From Parcubacteria group bacterium M6-OD1-3 (lineage in GTDB: Bacteria > Patescibacteriota > Minisyncoccia > Moranbacterales > UBA9337), in contig LSNR01000014.1 in the NCBI GenBank assembly GCA_003056165.1, positions 6,408 through 70,407 on the forward strand: a DNA stretch of 64,000 bases, given 5' to 3'. The translations under genes and the position numbers were made by a program. Of this stretch, positions 40,258 to 49,223 are shown one piece after another; position 1 is the first letter of the stretch, and every line of letters starts with the position of its first letter. The notes below the pieces were generated by a model, which worked only from the letters and a program-made list of their open reading frames with translations, made no database searches and was not told where the DNA came from.

Positions 40258-40986
40258 ATGCAAATTCCAAATTGGAAAACTGAAGAGAAATTATTAAAAG
40301 AAAAATGGGATTTTATTATTGGCGTGGATGAGGCGGGAAGAGGTCCGTTGGCAGGACCGGTAGTGGCGAGTGCTGTAATGTTGAAGAAGAATTTTCAATT
40401 TCCTTCTAATCATCAGATGGAAATTTCTAATGATGATACTTTGAATAAAAAAGAAAAAAAAGAGAATAGTAATTTATGGGATTTGGTAAGAGATTCAAAA
40501 ACTTTAAGTGAAAAACAACGAGAACAATCTTACAAATTTGTGGAAGAAAATTTTTATGTAGGCGTTGGAGTTTGTAATGAAAAAACTATTGATAGAATAA
40601 ATATTTTGGAAGCGAGTTTTTTGGCGATGAAGTCGGCTATAAACGATTTGCAAACCAAAAATCGTAATTTGAAATTTGGAAAGTGTAAAGTACTGGTTGA
40701 TGGAAATAAGCAAATTCCAAATTTTTCCGGAGAACAAGAGGCGATTGTACAGGGAGATAAAAAAGTGAAATCAATTGCGGCGGCATCGATTATTGCCAAG
40801 GTGACACGAGACAAAATTATGAAAGAATACGATATAAAATATCCCAGCTATGGTTTCGCTAAACACAAAGGGTATGGAACAAAAATTCATATGGAGGCTT
40901 TGCAAAAATTCGGTCCTTGTAAAATTCATCGTCAAAGTTTTAAGCCGGTTAAAAGATTATTGGAAATTAAAATTGGTAAAAAATGA
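40258..40986 (+). CDS. rnhB: Ribonuclease HII
   Basis: GVDEAGRGPLAGPV, DSK, IAAASIIAKVTRD, KGYGT. Confidence 0.96.
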   Translation: MQIPNWKTEEKLLKEKWDFIIGVDEAGRGPLAGPVVASAVMLKKNFQFPSNHQMEISNDDTLNKKEKKENSNLWDLVRDSKTLSEKQREQSYKFVEENFYVGVGVCNEKTIDRINILEASFLAMKSAINDLQTKNRNLKFGKCKVLVDGNKQIPNFSGEQEAIVQGDKKVKSIAAASIIAKVTRDKIMKEYDIKYPSYGFAKHKGYGTKIHMEALQKFGPCKIHRQSFKPVKRLLEIKIGKK

Positions 40987-41121
40987 AAAAGGCTTGCCAA
41001 AAAGTAAAAGTAGTGATAAATTAAAAAGTGTAAAGGATAATATTTTATTGTAAGTGATAGTTTTTCTAATTAAGTTATTGATTTACTGATTACGGAATAC
41101 TGTTTACTGATTATTAAAAAA

Positions 41122-41319
41122 ATGGCAGTTCCAAAACAACGGCAGAATAAAGCTCGTAAGGGTAGAAGAAGAGCCGGGCAATTAAATAAAAATAATATCG
41201 CTAATGTGCAAACGGTAAAATGTTCCAATTGCGGAGAGACTATTTTACCGCATAGAGTTTGTCCAAAATGTGGCTTCTATAAAGGCAAAGAAGTTATCAA
41301 AAATAAAGTTGTAAAATAA
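41122..41319 (+). CDS. rpmF: 50S ribosomal protein L32
   Basis: MAVPK, CSNCG..ILPHRVCPKCGFY. Confidence 0.97.
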   Translation: MAVPKQRQNKARKGRRRAGQLNKNNIANVQTVKCSNCGETILPHRVCPKCGFYKGKEVIKNKVVK

Positions 41320-41383
41320 CTGATATTAAATTGAACAAATCTTTGTATATTTTCAGTTTAAAGTTTTTAGATTATAAACAAAA

Positions 41384-41848
41384 ATGGCAAATAGACATCT
41401 TCAAAGATCAATAGCTATGCAATCCTTGTTTGAGTGGGATTTTAATGATGGAAATAAAGATGCTATTTTAGCAATAGTTGATAAAAATATCAGAGATTTA
41501 GCTGTGGGAATAGATGAAACTGATTTGATTTTAACTTTGGTTGAAGGTGTTATTAAAAATCAAAAGGATATTGATGAGTTAATAAAACAATGCGCACCGG
41601 ATTGGCCGTTAGATCAGATTACTGCAGTAGATAGAAATATTTTGCGAGTAGGAATTTTCGAACTTCTTTTTGGTGATTATGAAAAAGTTCCTCCAAAAGT
41701 CGCTATCAATGAAGCTATTGAGTTGGCTAAAACTTTTGGGGGTCCAAATTCCGCTAAATTTATTAATGGTGTATTAGGAACAATTTATCGAGAATTAGGA
41801 GAGCCGTTAAAAAATGATGGAAAGAAAAAAATAAAGGAAAAAAAATAA
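41384..41848 (+). CDS. nusB: Transcription antitermination factor NusB
   Basis: [30 protein letters not shown]. Confidence 0.96.
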   Translation: MANRHLQRSIAMQSLFEWDFNDGNKDAILAIVDKNIRDLAVGIDETDLILTLVEGVIKNQKDIDELIKQCAPDWPLDQITAVDRNILRVGIFELLFGDYEKVPPKVAINEAIELAKTFGGPNSAKFINGVLGTIYRELGEPLKNDGKKKIKEKK

Positions 41849-41958
41849 TTTTAGCACTCTCTAGGAAATGTGAATAATATAAATGTATAATTCTAATAAT
41901 TGTTTTGTTAGTTATATATTTGTAAAAATTTGTAATTCTTAGAGATTGTCATAATATA

Positions 41959-42642
41959 ATGATTGCAAAATTTGCTAAAAAGATTGGGATTAAGTTTAAA
42001 AATTTAGATTTATTGAAAGAGGCTTTAACTCATCGTTCTTATCTAAATGAAAATAAAAAAACAGGACAAAGGCACAACGAGCGGTTGGAATTTTTAGGTG
42101 ATGCTGTATTGGAACTAATAGTGACGGATTTTTTATTTAACAATTATAAAAATTCTGAAGGAGATTTGACTAGCTGGAGAGCAGCGTTAGTCAACGGCAT
42201 GACTCTAGCTGAAGTTTCTGGCGAGATGGGTGTAGGAGAATATTTACTAATGAGTAAAGGTGAAGCGAAGGATACTGGGCGAGCGCGTCAATATCTTTTG
42301 GCAAATGCAATGGAAGCGATTATTGGAGCAATTTATCTTGATCAGGGATATGATATTGCTAAGGATTTTATTTTAAAAAATATAGTTATCAAGATTGATG
42401 AAATCTTGGAAAAGAAACTTTATCTTGATCCGAAAAGTTATTTTCAAGAAAAAGCTCAACGACATGAGAAAATTACACCGTCATATAAAGTTATAAAAGA
42501 ATCTGGGCCGGACCACGATAGAGTTTTTACAGTTGGTGTATATTTGGAAAATGATTTGATTGCTAAAGGTGATGGTCCATCTAAACAGTCTGCGCAGAGA
42601 AATGCTGCTCAAGCTGGCTTGGATGCTAAAGGTTGGAAATAA
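41959..42642 (+). CDS. rnc: Ribonuclease III
   Basis: ALTHRSY, NERLEFLGDAVL, C-terminal dsRBD. Confidence 0.97.
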   Translation: MIAKFAKKIGIKFKNLDLLKEALTHRSYLNENKKTGQRHNERLEFLGDAVLELIVTDFLFNNYKNSEGDLTSWRAALVNGMTLAEVSGEMGVGEYLLMSKGEAKDTGRARQYLLANAMEAIIGAIYLDQGYDIAKDFILKNIVIKIDEILEKKLYLDPKSYFQEKAQRHEKITPSYKVIKESGPDHDRVFTVGVYLENDLIAKGDGPSKQSAQRNAAQAGLDAKGWK

Positions 42643-42779
42643 CTTTTAGAACTAAAGATTAAAGATATAAATAGTTAGTAAGTTCTCTTGAAATATATAT
42701 AATTAATATTTTTTCAAGAGAAAGGGTCGTTAACAATAAAAGATAAATAAGCATATTTATCAAAAACAATGGAGGTGTT

Positions 42780-42905
42780 ATGAGAAGAACTAAGAGAAGT
42801 GCTCGTTTGTATAATGGGCACATTTTCTACATTGAGAGAAAGGCAAGGATTCGTCGAGTGGTAAATTATCTTGCAAATTTTTTTAAAATCTTTCTTGTGA
42901 TTTAA
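42780..42905 (+). CDS. Putative 41-aa basic peptide with hydrophobic C-terminus
   Basis: GGAGGT RBS; MRRTKRSARLYNGHIFYIERKARIRRVVNYLANFFKIFLVI. Confidence 0.5.
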   Translation: MRRTKRSARLYNGHIFYIERKARIRRVVNYLANFFKIFLVI

Positions 42906-42916
42906 GGAGGTGATCC

Positions 42917-42961
42917 ATGTATCGAACCGGTGCGTTTTTCTGCGGACCGTCAAAAATGTAA
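42917..42961 (+). CDS. Putative 14-aa micropeptide behind an extended Shine-Dalgarno
   Basis: taaggaggtgatccATG; MYRTGAFFCGPSKM. Confidence 0.35.
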   Translation: MYRTGAFFCGPSKM

Positions 42962-42972
42962 AGCATTTTTGT

Positions 42973-43003
42973 AAGGAGGGATGTTGTAAATACCCTCCTT
43001 TTT
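42973..43003 (+). terminator. Terminator of the micro-operon
   Basis: aaggaggg-atgttgtaaata-ccctcctt-ttt. Confidence 0.75.
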
Positions 43004-43077
43004 ATTTCGTTAATTATTTTACTGAAAAAGAAAAATGAATTATACTAGAATAGTAATAAAGGAGGGCTGAGATTTTT

Positions 43078-45444
43078 ATGTATTTAAAAAAAATAGAAAT
43101 AGCAGGTTTTAAATCTTTTGCTAATAAAACTGTCGTAGATTTTATGCCACTCGACTCAAAAAATATCGAAAAAGGTGGTTTTGACAGTGGAGAAAAAAAA
43201 CAAAAACAAACAGGAATTACGGCGATTGTTGGCCCAAATGGTTCGGGAAAATCAAATATTGCCGACGCCATTCGTTGGGCAATGGGAGAACAGTCAATGA
43301 AAAATTTGCGAGGCAAAAAAATGGAAGATATTATTTTCGCTGGTTCCGGGAAAAAAGGTAAATTAAATTATGCGACAGTTTCTCTGCACTTTGATAATTC
43401 AGATAAACAAATTCCTTTAGATTTTTCCGAAGTAATAATTAGAAGAAAACTTTTTAGAAATGGTGATTCAGAATATGTTATTAACGGTTCTAAGGTTAGA
43501 TTGATAGATGTTGCTGATTTATTGGCAAAAGCTGGGGTTGGTAAAGATAGCTATAGTGTTCTTAATCAAGGAATGTCTGATGCGATGCTTAATGCTTCTC
43601 CTGCTGAAAGGCGAACAATTTTAGAGGATGCTGCTGGTGTAAAACAATATCAAATTAAAAAAAACAGAGCTTTGAAAAAGATGGAAACTACTCGCAAAAA
43701 TCTTGAACAAGTTGATGGATTGCTTAATGAAATTAGTCCACATCTACGAAGTTTGAAGCGTCAAGCTAGTAAAGCTCAGAAAGGCAAGGAATTGAAAATA
43801 GAATTAAGAAAATTGCAAGAAAAATATTATTCCTATCTTTGGAATGAATTTCAACAAGACCAGAAAAAATCTTCTGAACAAAAAGAAATTTTGGGAAATA
43901 AAATGATGCGATTACAAAAAGAAGTCGATAAATTAAATGACTTTGTTTTGACAGAATCGAAAAAGATGCGACAAAGTAAAAAACCGGATGAACTTAGAGC
44001 AAAAAGAGATAAAATCTATCAAGATATAAATAAGTTAGAAAGAGAACGAATGGTTACTGATGGAAAGTTAGAAATAACTTTAGAAAAAATAAAACAGCAA
44101 AATGTTATTCAAAGTATTCCGGTTGATAAAAAATATATTCAGACTGAATTAGCGCAACTCCATAATGAACAAAAAAAATTGATTGAAAAAATAAAAAATG
44201 TGGAAAAATTGGAAGAACTTCAAGATGTTAGAGAATTTGCTCAAGTTATTAAACAAAAAACATTTGAGCTGAGGGGTGATATTGAAAAAGGAAAAGTGGA
44301 AGGGCGAAAAACTACGGAACAAATTGCGGAAGAGAAAAAACTTGAGAAATTTATTTCTGAATTAGAGAAACAGCGAGATGTTATTATGCAAAAAATAACA
44401 ACTTTAAAACAAGAAATTTTAAAAATTACTAAAGAAATTGAAATAGAGATTGAAGAAGATGAAAAAGCAAGAGAAGATTTTTTTCGAATGGAAGATGAAT
44501 TGCGAGAAAAACAAAGAAAATTAAATTTTTTGAAAGATAAATTCAATGAGGCTAAAATTGCTTTGGCGAGAATTGAAGTTCGAGAAGAAGACCTAATTGA
44601 AGATATAAAAAATGATTTGGGAATAGAAGTTAAAAAACTGAAATATGTTGAGCAAGAAATTAATGTGCCTAATACGGAACAAAAAATATTTAGGATGAAA
44701 AACCAGCTAGAGCAAATAGGTGGAATTGATCCATTGATAATGGATGAATATCAAGAAACAAATCAACGATATGAAACTTTACAACAAGAATCTGCTGATT
44801 TGGAAAAAGCAATAGTTTCTTTAAAAGAAATTGCTAAAGAAATGGATAAAAAAATAGATAAGGTTTTCACAACAGCTTTTTTTAAAATTAATAAAGAATT
44901 TTCAAAATATTTTCGAATAATTTTCGGCGGAGGAAAGGCAACCCTTATTAAAACAAAAAATTTGAAGAAGAAAGTGCGAAATATTGCGGATAGAAATGAA
45001 ATTTCTAGTGAAGAACAATCCAAAATAGAAGAAAAAGATGATGTAGAAATTGTTGATAATGAAAATGAGAAGGATAATGTTGTCGGAAAAATGATAGCTG
45101 AGATTGGTGTTGATGTTTCAGCCTGCCCTCCAGGAAAAAAGATTTCTAATTTAACGATGCTTTCTGGTGGAGAGCGTTCATTAACATCACTGGCATTATT
45201 ATTTGCAATTATTTCTTATAATCCACCGCCATTCGCAGTTTTAGATGAAGTGGAGGCAGCATTAGATGAGGCAAATTCTCTCCGTTTTGGAAAAATTTTA
45301 CAAGAACTTTCTAATAACACGCAATTTATTGCCATCACACATAATAGGGAGACAATGCGTCAGGCTGCTTATCTTTACGGAGCAACAATGGGTGATGATG
45401 GAGTCACTAAATTATTATCGGTCAAACTTGATAAACATAAATAG
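43078..45444 (+). CDS. smc: SMC-family ATPase, short (788 aa), no recognisable hinge
   Basis: GFKSFA, GPNGSGKSN, LSGGERSL, LDEVEAALDEAN, ITHN. Confidence 0.85.
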   Translation: MYLKKIEIAGFKSFANKTVVDFMPLDSKNIEKGGFDSGEKKQKQTGITAIVGPNGSGKSNIADAIRWAMGEQSMKNLRGKKMEDIIFAGSGKKGKLNYATVSLHFDNSDKQIPLDFSEVIIRRKLFRNGDSEYVINGSKVRLIDVADLLAKAGVGKDSYSVLNQGMSDAMLNASPAERRTILEDAAGVKQYQIKKNRALKKMETTRKNLEQVDGLLNEISPHLRSLKRQASKAQKGKELKIELRKLQEKYYSYLWNEFQQDQKKSSEQKEILGNKMMRLQKEVDKLNDFVLTESKKMRQSKKPDELRAKRDKIYQDINKLERERMVTDGKLEITLEKIKQQNVIQSIPVDKKYIQTELAQLHNEQKKLIEKIKNVEKLEELQDVREFAQVIKQKTFELRGDIEKGKVEGRKTTEQIAEEKKLEKFISELEKQRDVIMQKITTLKQEILKITKEIEIEIEEDEKAREDFFRMEDELREKQRKLNFLKDKFNEAKIALARIEVREEDLIEDIKNDLGIEVKKLKYVEQEINVPNTEQKIFRMKNQLEQIGGIDPLIMDEYQETNQRYETLQQESADLEKAIVSLKEIAKEMDKKIDKVFTTAFFKINKEFSKYFRIIFGGGKATLIKTKNLKKKVRNIADRNEISSEEQSKIEEKDDVEIVDNENEKDNVVGKMIAEIGVDVSACPPGKKISNLTMLSGGERSLTSLALLFAIISYNPPPFAVLDEVEAALDEANSLRFGKILQELSNNTQFIAITHNRETMRQAAYLYGATMGDDGVTKLLSVKLDKHK

Positions 45445-45578
45445 TTCTATATACAGATGTTGACTAAATTAAAATAACAGTGTATTCTCTTAGGAGTAGA
45501 AGGTTAAATAATATTTAAATACGGATAATTAATATTCCGGGATAATTCCTCCGGTTTTTGATTTGCTGTTACAAAGAA

Positions 45579-46100
45579 ATGAATAATAAATTGATAAAAT
45601 TTAATTTAAGTCAACGAAAATCAGACAATATTCCAGAGATAAAGTCGGGAGATATCGTTAGGGTCCATAGAAAAATTAAGGAAGGTAGTAAGGAAAGAAT
45701 ACAAGTGTTTGAGGGTATAATAATCGCTATTAAAGGAAAACAAAGTAGTTCGCCAATGATTACTGTAAGAAAAGTTTCCAATGGTGTCGGTGTTGAGTTA
45801 GTTATACCAATATATTCTTCAGATGTAGATAAGATTGAGCTTGTGAAAAGAGCTGGTGTTAGACGATCAAAGCTTTATTATCTTAGAGATAAATCAGCGA
45901 AATCTATGCGATTAAAATATAAAGATATGGCTGATTTCGCTAAAGTTACTGAAGAGAAAAAAGAGAATATTATCGAGGAAAAGGCTGAGACTGAAACAAA
46001 GAAAGAGTCCTCTGCTGAGAAGGAGAATAAAAAAGAAGACAGAAAAGATAAAACTGGAAAAGACAACGGTGAAAAAGATGATAAAAAGAAGGAGAAATAA
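45579..46100 (+). CDS. rplS: 50S ribosomal protein L19 with charged C-terminal tail
   Basis: GD.VRVH.KIKEG.KERIQVFEG, TVRKVS.GVGVE, VRRSKLYYLRD. Confidence 0.96.
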   Translation: MNNKLIKFNLSQRKSDNIPEIKSGDIVRVHRKIKEGSKERIQVFEGIIIAIKGKQSSSPMITVRKVSNGVGVELVIPIYSSDVDKIELVKRAGVRRSKLYYLRDKSAKSMRLKYKDMADFAKVTEEKKENIIEEKAETETKKESSAEKENKKEDRKDKTGKDNGEKDDKKKEK

Positions 46101-46157
46101 TTATTTTAGGTTGAGTTGTTTGCAGTATTTGAAAAAAATTATTTGTACGGTATAATA

Positions 46158-46241
46158 GCCGTGGTGCTGGAACTGGTAGACAGGCTAGCTTGAGGGGCTA
46201 GTGCTTGTAAAAGCGTGCGAGTTCAAATCTCGCTCACGGCA
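46158..46241 (+). tRNA. tRNA-Leu(GAG)
   Basis: ctagc-tt-GAG-gg-gctag; long variable arm; gttcaaat. Confidence 0.95.
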
Positions 46242-46348
46242 CTTTATGGGTTTCTGGGTACAATATTTTATATTTTTTTAACTAAATAATGTAGAATATG
46301 TCAGACGATAATTTTTTAGATTTAAGCATTGTATCTATATACTAATAT

Positions 46349-46400
46349 GGACGATTAGCTCAGCTCCCGCCAAAAGAGGAGGCGGACAGGAGTTAGAGCG
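46349..46400 (+). pseudogene. Duplicated 5' fragment of tRNA-Val with a hairpin inserted in the D-loop
   Basis: ggacgattagctcagct[cccgccaaaagaggaggcggacagga]gttagagcg versus intact ggacgattagctcagctggttagagcg. Confidence 0.75.
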
Positions 46401-46451
46401 GTCCGCAGTTGAAAAGATAATTGATTAAATTAAATTAGTGTTGTAAGTTAA

Positions 46452-46525
46452 GGACGATTAGCTCAGCTGGTTAGAGCGCTTCCCTTACAAGGAAGAAGTC
46501 ACTGGTTCGAATCCAGTATCGTCCA
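46452..46525 (+). tRNA. tRNA-Val(TAC)
   Basis: cttcc-ct-TAC-aa-ggaag; ggttcgaatcc. Confidence 0.96.
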
Positions 46526-46570
46526 CTAAATATAAAGAAGCGACAAAGAAGTAATGAATTAAGGTAATTA

Positions 46571-46757
46571 GTCACAGCTAGCAAAGAGTCAAAAACTTTG
46601 TGTAGAGAGTTTATTCCCGATATAAACTTGCAGGGTATTGAGATACCCTATCGATACTGTGAGTCATTGCGGATTATATTTAGGATAACATTTGTCAGTT
46701 GGCTGATAGGCGGTTTGTTTAGCCATTAAGATTGAATGAAGTTTGAATAACTGTGAT
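46571..46757 (+). ncRNA. Candidate multi-hairpin structured RNA
   Basis: Closing stem gtcacagcta/taactgtgat around at least 5 hairpins with G-U pairs on the + strand. Confidence 0.4.
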
Positions 46758-46760
46758 ATA

Positions 46761-46832
46761 GGGACTATAGCTCAGTGGTAGAGCGCACGGCTCATAACCG
46801 TTTGGTCGTAGGTTCGAATCCTGCTAGTCCCA
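46761..46832 (+). tRNA. tRNA with CAT anticodon (probably Ile2, possibly elongator Met)
   Basis: acgg-ct-CAT-aa-ccgt; paired G1-C72 (not initiator); GGG start resembles Ile2. Confidence 0.9.
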
Positions 46833-46850
46833 CTAAATTGAAAGTTAAGA

Positions 46851-46924
46851 GGGCGTATAGCTCAGTTGGTTAGAGCGCAACACTGATAATGTTGAGGTCC
46901 CAGGTTCAAATCCTGGTACGCCCA
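46851..46924 (+). tRNA. tRNA-Ile(GAT)
   Basis: caaca-ct-GAT-aa-tgttg; ggttcaaatcc. Confidence 0.96.
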
Positions 46925-46936
46925 CAAGTAGTCGGC

Positions 46937-47100
46937 GAACTTGCCAAACTTTCTATTGAAGTATAAAATTTATATATTAATCGAAACGATATAAATATTT
47001 AGTGAGTTTAATAATTATAAGTTAGTGGAAAGTTATGATCAAGGCAGGCCTGCCAAATTTTCTGTTAGTTTAATCTATAAGTTAATGGAAAGTTAGACAG
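46937..47100 (+). repeat. Tandem hairpin units abutting the tRNA-Gly 5' end
   Basis: Two c(c/t)tgccaaa(c/t)tttct...tggaaagtta units; 47025-47105 matches 13800-13881. Confidence 0.8.
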
Positions 47101-47172
47101 GCGGGTGTCGTATAGTGGTTATTACACGTCCTTGCCAAGGATGAGACGGCGGTTCGATTCCGCTCACTCGCT
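47101..47172 (+). tRNA. tRNA-Gly(GCC)
   Basis: cgtcc-tt-GCC-aa-ggatg; ggttcgattcc; U discriminator. Confidence 0.95.
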
Positions 47173-47252
47173 CAATTAAGAAAAATAAGGTAGAATATAT
47201 TAATAAAAGTCAATTTTTTTAAGTATTGACAAACTATCTAAAAAATTATAGT

Positions 47253-47465
47253 ATGAAGATTATTGTTATATCACAAATTATCGTATCAATTCTTTTAATA
47301 GTATCCATTTTAATGCAAAATCGTGGTTCGGGGTTGAGTGCTGCTCTTGGAGGAGGTATGGGAGGTTATCATACTAAAAGAGGTTTTGAAAAGTTTTTGA
47401 ATAATTCTGCAGTTGTTTTATCAGTAATGTTTATTTTGTTAGCGATAATAAGTGTCTTTCGTTAA
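47253..47465 (+). CDS. secG: Preprotein translocase subunit SecG
   Basis: ILMQNRGSGLS.ALGG, TKRGFEKFL, two TM helices. Confidence 0.92.
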   Translation: MKIIVISQIIVSILLIVSILMQNRGSGLSAALGGGMGGYHTKRGFEKFLNNSAVVLSVMFILLAIISVFR

Positions 47466-47503
47466 GATTTATAAATTTTAAAATTTAAAGTCGTATTAGT
47501 AAA

Positions 47504-49192
47504 TTGAGTATATTTGCAAAAAGAAATTGGCGTTATGTTTCGAGAGTATTAAACTTTAAAGAAAAAGTTATAATTTTTTCTTTAATATTTTTAGTGTTAG
47601 GCTCTTCTTTCTTTTGGATTGGAAAAATATATTTATCTATGACTAAAGAGGTTCCAAGTCTTGGAGGCACCTATGTCGAAGGAACGGTTGGACAACCAAT
47701 GTATATTAATCCACTTCTATCACAGACCAATGATGTTGATGGAGGTTTAACTCGCCTGATTTATAGTAGTTTGTTGAAATATGATAATGATGGAGAGTTA
47801 GTTGATGATTTGGCAGAAAGATATGATGTTTCGGAAGACGGCAAGGAATATATTTTTTATATTAAAAAAAATATTAAATGGCATGATGGAGAAACATTAA
47901 CGGCGAATGACATTGTGTTTACAATCAATACACTTAGAGATCCATTATTTAAAAGCCCTCTTCGTCAAAATTGGCAGGGAGTTACAATCGAAAAAGTTGA
48001 CGATTATACAGTTAAGTTTATTTTGGAAAAGCCATATTTTGGATTTTTGGAAAATTTAACGGTTGGAATATTGCCAGAACATATTTGGAATAATGTTAAT
48101 TCAGAAAAATTTCCTTTAGCAAAATATAATTTGGAGCCAATTGGAACTGGTCCATATAAGTTTGTTAATTTTCATAAAGATGCTGATGGAAATATTTTAG
48201 ATTATGAGTTAGTATCGTTCGCTGATTATTTTTTTGGAGAACCATATATTTCTAAACTGGCATTTAATTTCTATACGGATAAACAATCAGAGCGAGAAGC
48301 TTATAATAGAAAAGAAATTAATGGAATTAGTAATTTATCTCCAGATAAAAGTAATACCAATGATTTTAGAAAAAATACAAGTATCTATAAATTAGATATC
48401 CCATGGTCATTTACGGTATTTTTTAATAAAACAAAGAATATCGCCTTGGCAAATAAAGAAGTAAGGCTGGCACTTACCTTAGCTACTAATAAAAAAGAGA
48501 TAATTGGGAAGGTTTTGCATAACGAGGCAACAGTAATAAATTCCCCATTTTTTCCTGGAACAAAAGAATATGCTAATAATATCGAACGACCAAAATTTGA
48601 TATTGAAAAGGCGAAGAAATTACTGGAAGATAACGGTTGGAAAGTTGGAGAAAATAATGTACGAGAAAAAGATGAAGTAAAACTTCAATTTACTATATTT
48701 ACCATAAATTCGGCTGATTTAATAAAAACTGTCGATTTGCTGAAAGAGCAATGGAAAAAAATTGGGGCAGATGTTCGTGTAGAGGCCCTGTCATTTTCTG
48801 ATATTCAACAAAATCATATTAGACCAAGAGAATATGATGCTTTACTAGTTGGACAAGATGCTAGTTTTAATGTAGACCCATATTCATTTTGGCATTCTAG
48901 CCAAAAAAGGGATCCTGGATTGAATTGGTCATTATTTGATAATAGTGAAGCAGATAAAATGATTGAAGAAGCTAGGGAAGAAAAGGATAGAAATAAAAGG
49001 ATCGAAAAATATCACAAATTCCAAGAAATTATTGCTCAAGAAGTTCCAGCAATATTCTTATTTTCTCCAAAATATTTATATTTAGTAGAAAGTAATGTTA
49101 AAGGGATAGACATTAAGAAAATCAATTCTCCTCAATGGCGATTTGCTAATGTGGCTAAATGGTATATTGAAACAAAGAGAATTCGAAAATAA
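47504..49192 (+). CDS. Peptide ABC transporter substrate-binding protein (family 5)
   Basis: DLAE.Y.VSEDG..Y.F, WHDGE.LTA.D..FT, PIGTGPYK. Confidence 0.9.
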   Translation: MSIFAKRNWRYVSRVLNFKEKVIIFSLIFLVLGSSFFWIGKIYLSMTKEVPSLGGTYVEGTVGQPMYINPLLSQTNDVDGGLTRLIYSSLLKYDNDGELVDDLAERYDVSEDGKEYIFYIKKNIKWHDGETLTANDIVFTINTLRDPLFKSPLRQNWQGVTIEKVDDYTVKFILEKPYFGFLENLTVGILPEHIWNNVNSEKFPLAKYNLEPIGTGPYKFVNFHKDADGNILDYELVSFADYFFGEPYISKLAFNFYTDKQSEREAYNRKEINGISNLSPDKSNTNDFRKNTSIYKLDIPWSFTVFFNKTKNIALANKEVRLALTLATNKKEIIGKVLHNEATVINSPFFPGTKEYANNIERPKFDIEKAKKLLEDNGWKVGENNVREKDEVKLQFTIFTINSADLIKTVDLLKEQWKKIGADVRVEALSFSDIQQNHIRPREYDALLVGQDASFNVDPYSFWHSSQKRDPGLNWSLFDNSEADKMIEEAREEKDRNKRIEKYHKFQEIIAQEVPAIFLFSPKYLYLVESNVKGIDIKKINSPQWRFANVAKWYIETKRIRK

Positions 49193-49223
49193 GAGCTTGT
49201 AATAAAAAATAAAAAACAAAATT

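Noticed and set aside
41851-41877. Second CIRCE before rnc
   Set aside because: Only the left arm (ttagcactc) matches; no GAGTGCTAA at N9
42714-42953. 79-aa minus-strand ORF
   Set aside because: No RBS or motif; plus-strand SDs and terminator support the opposite orientation
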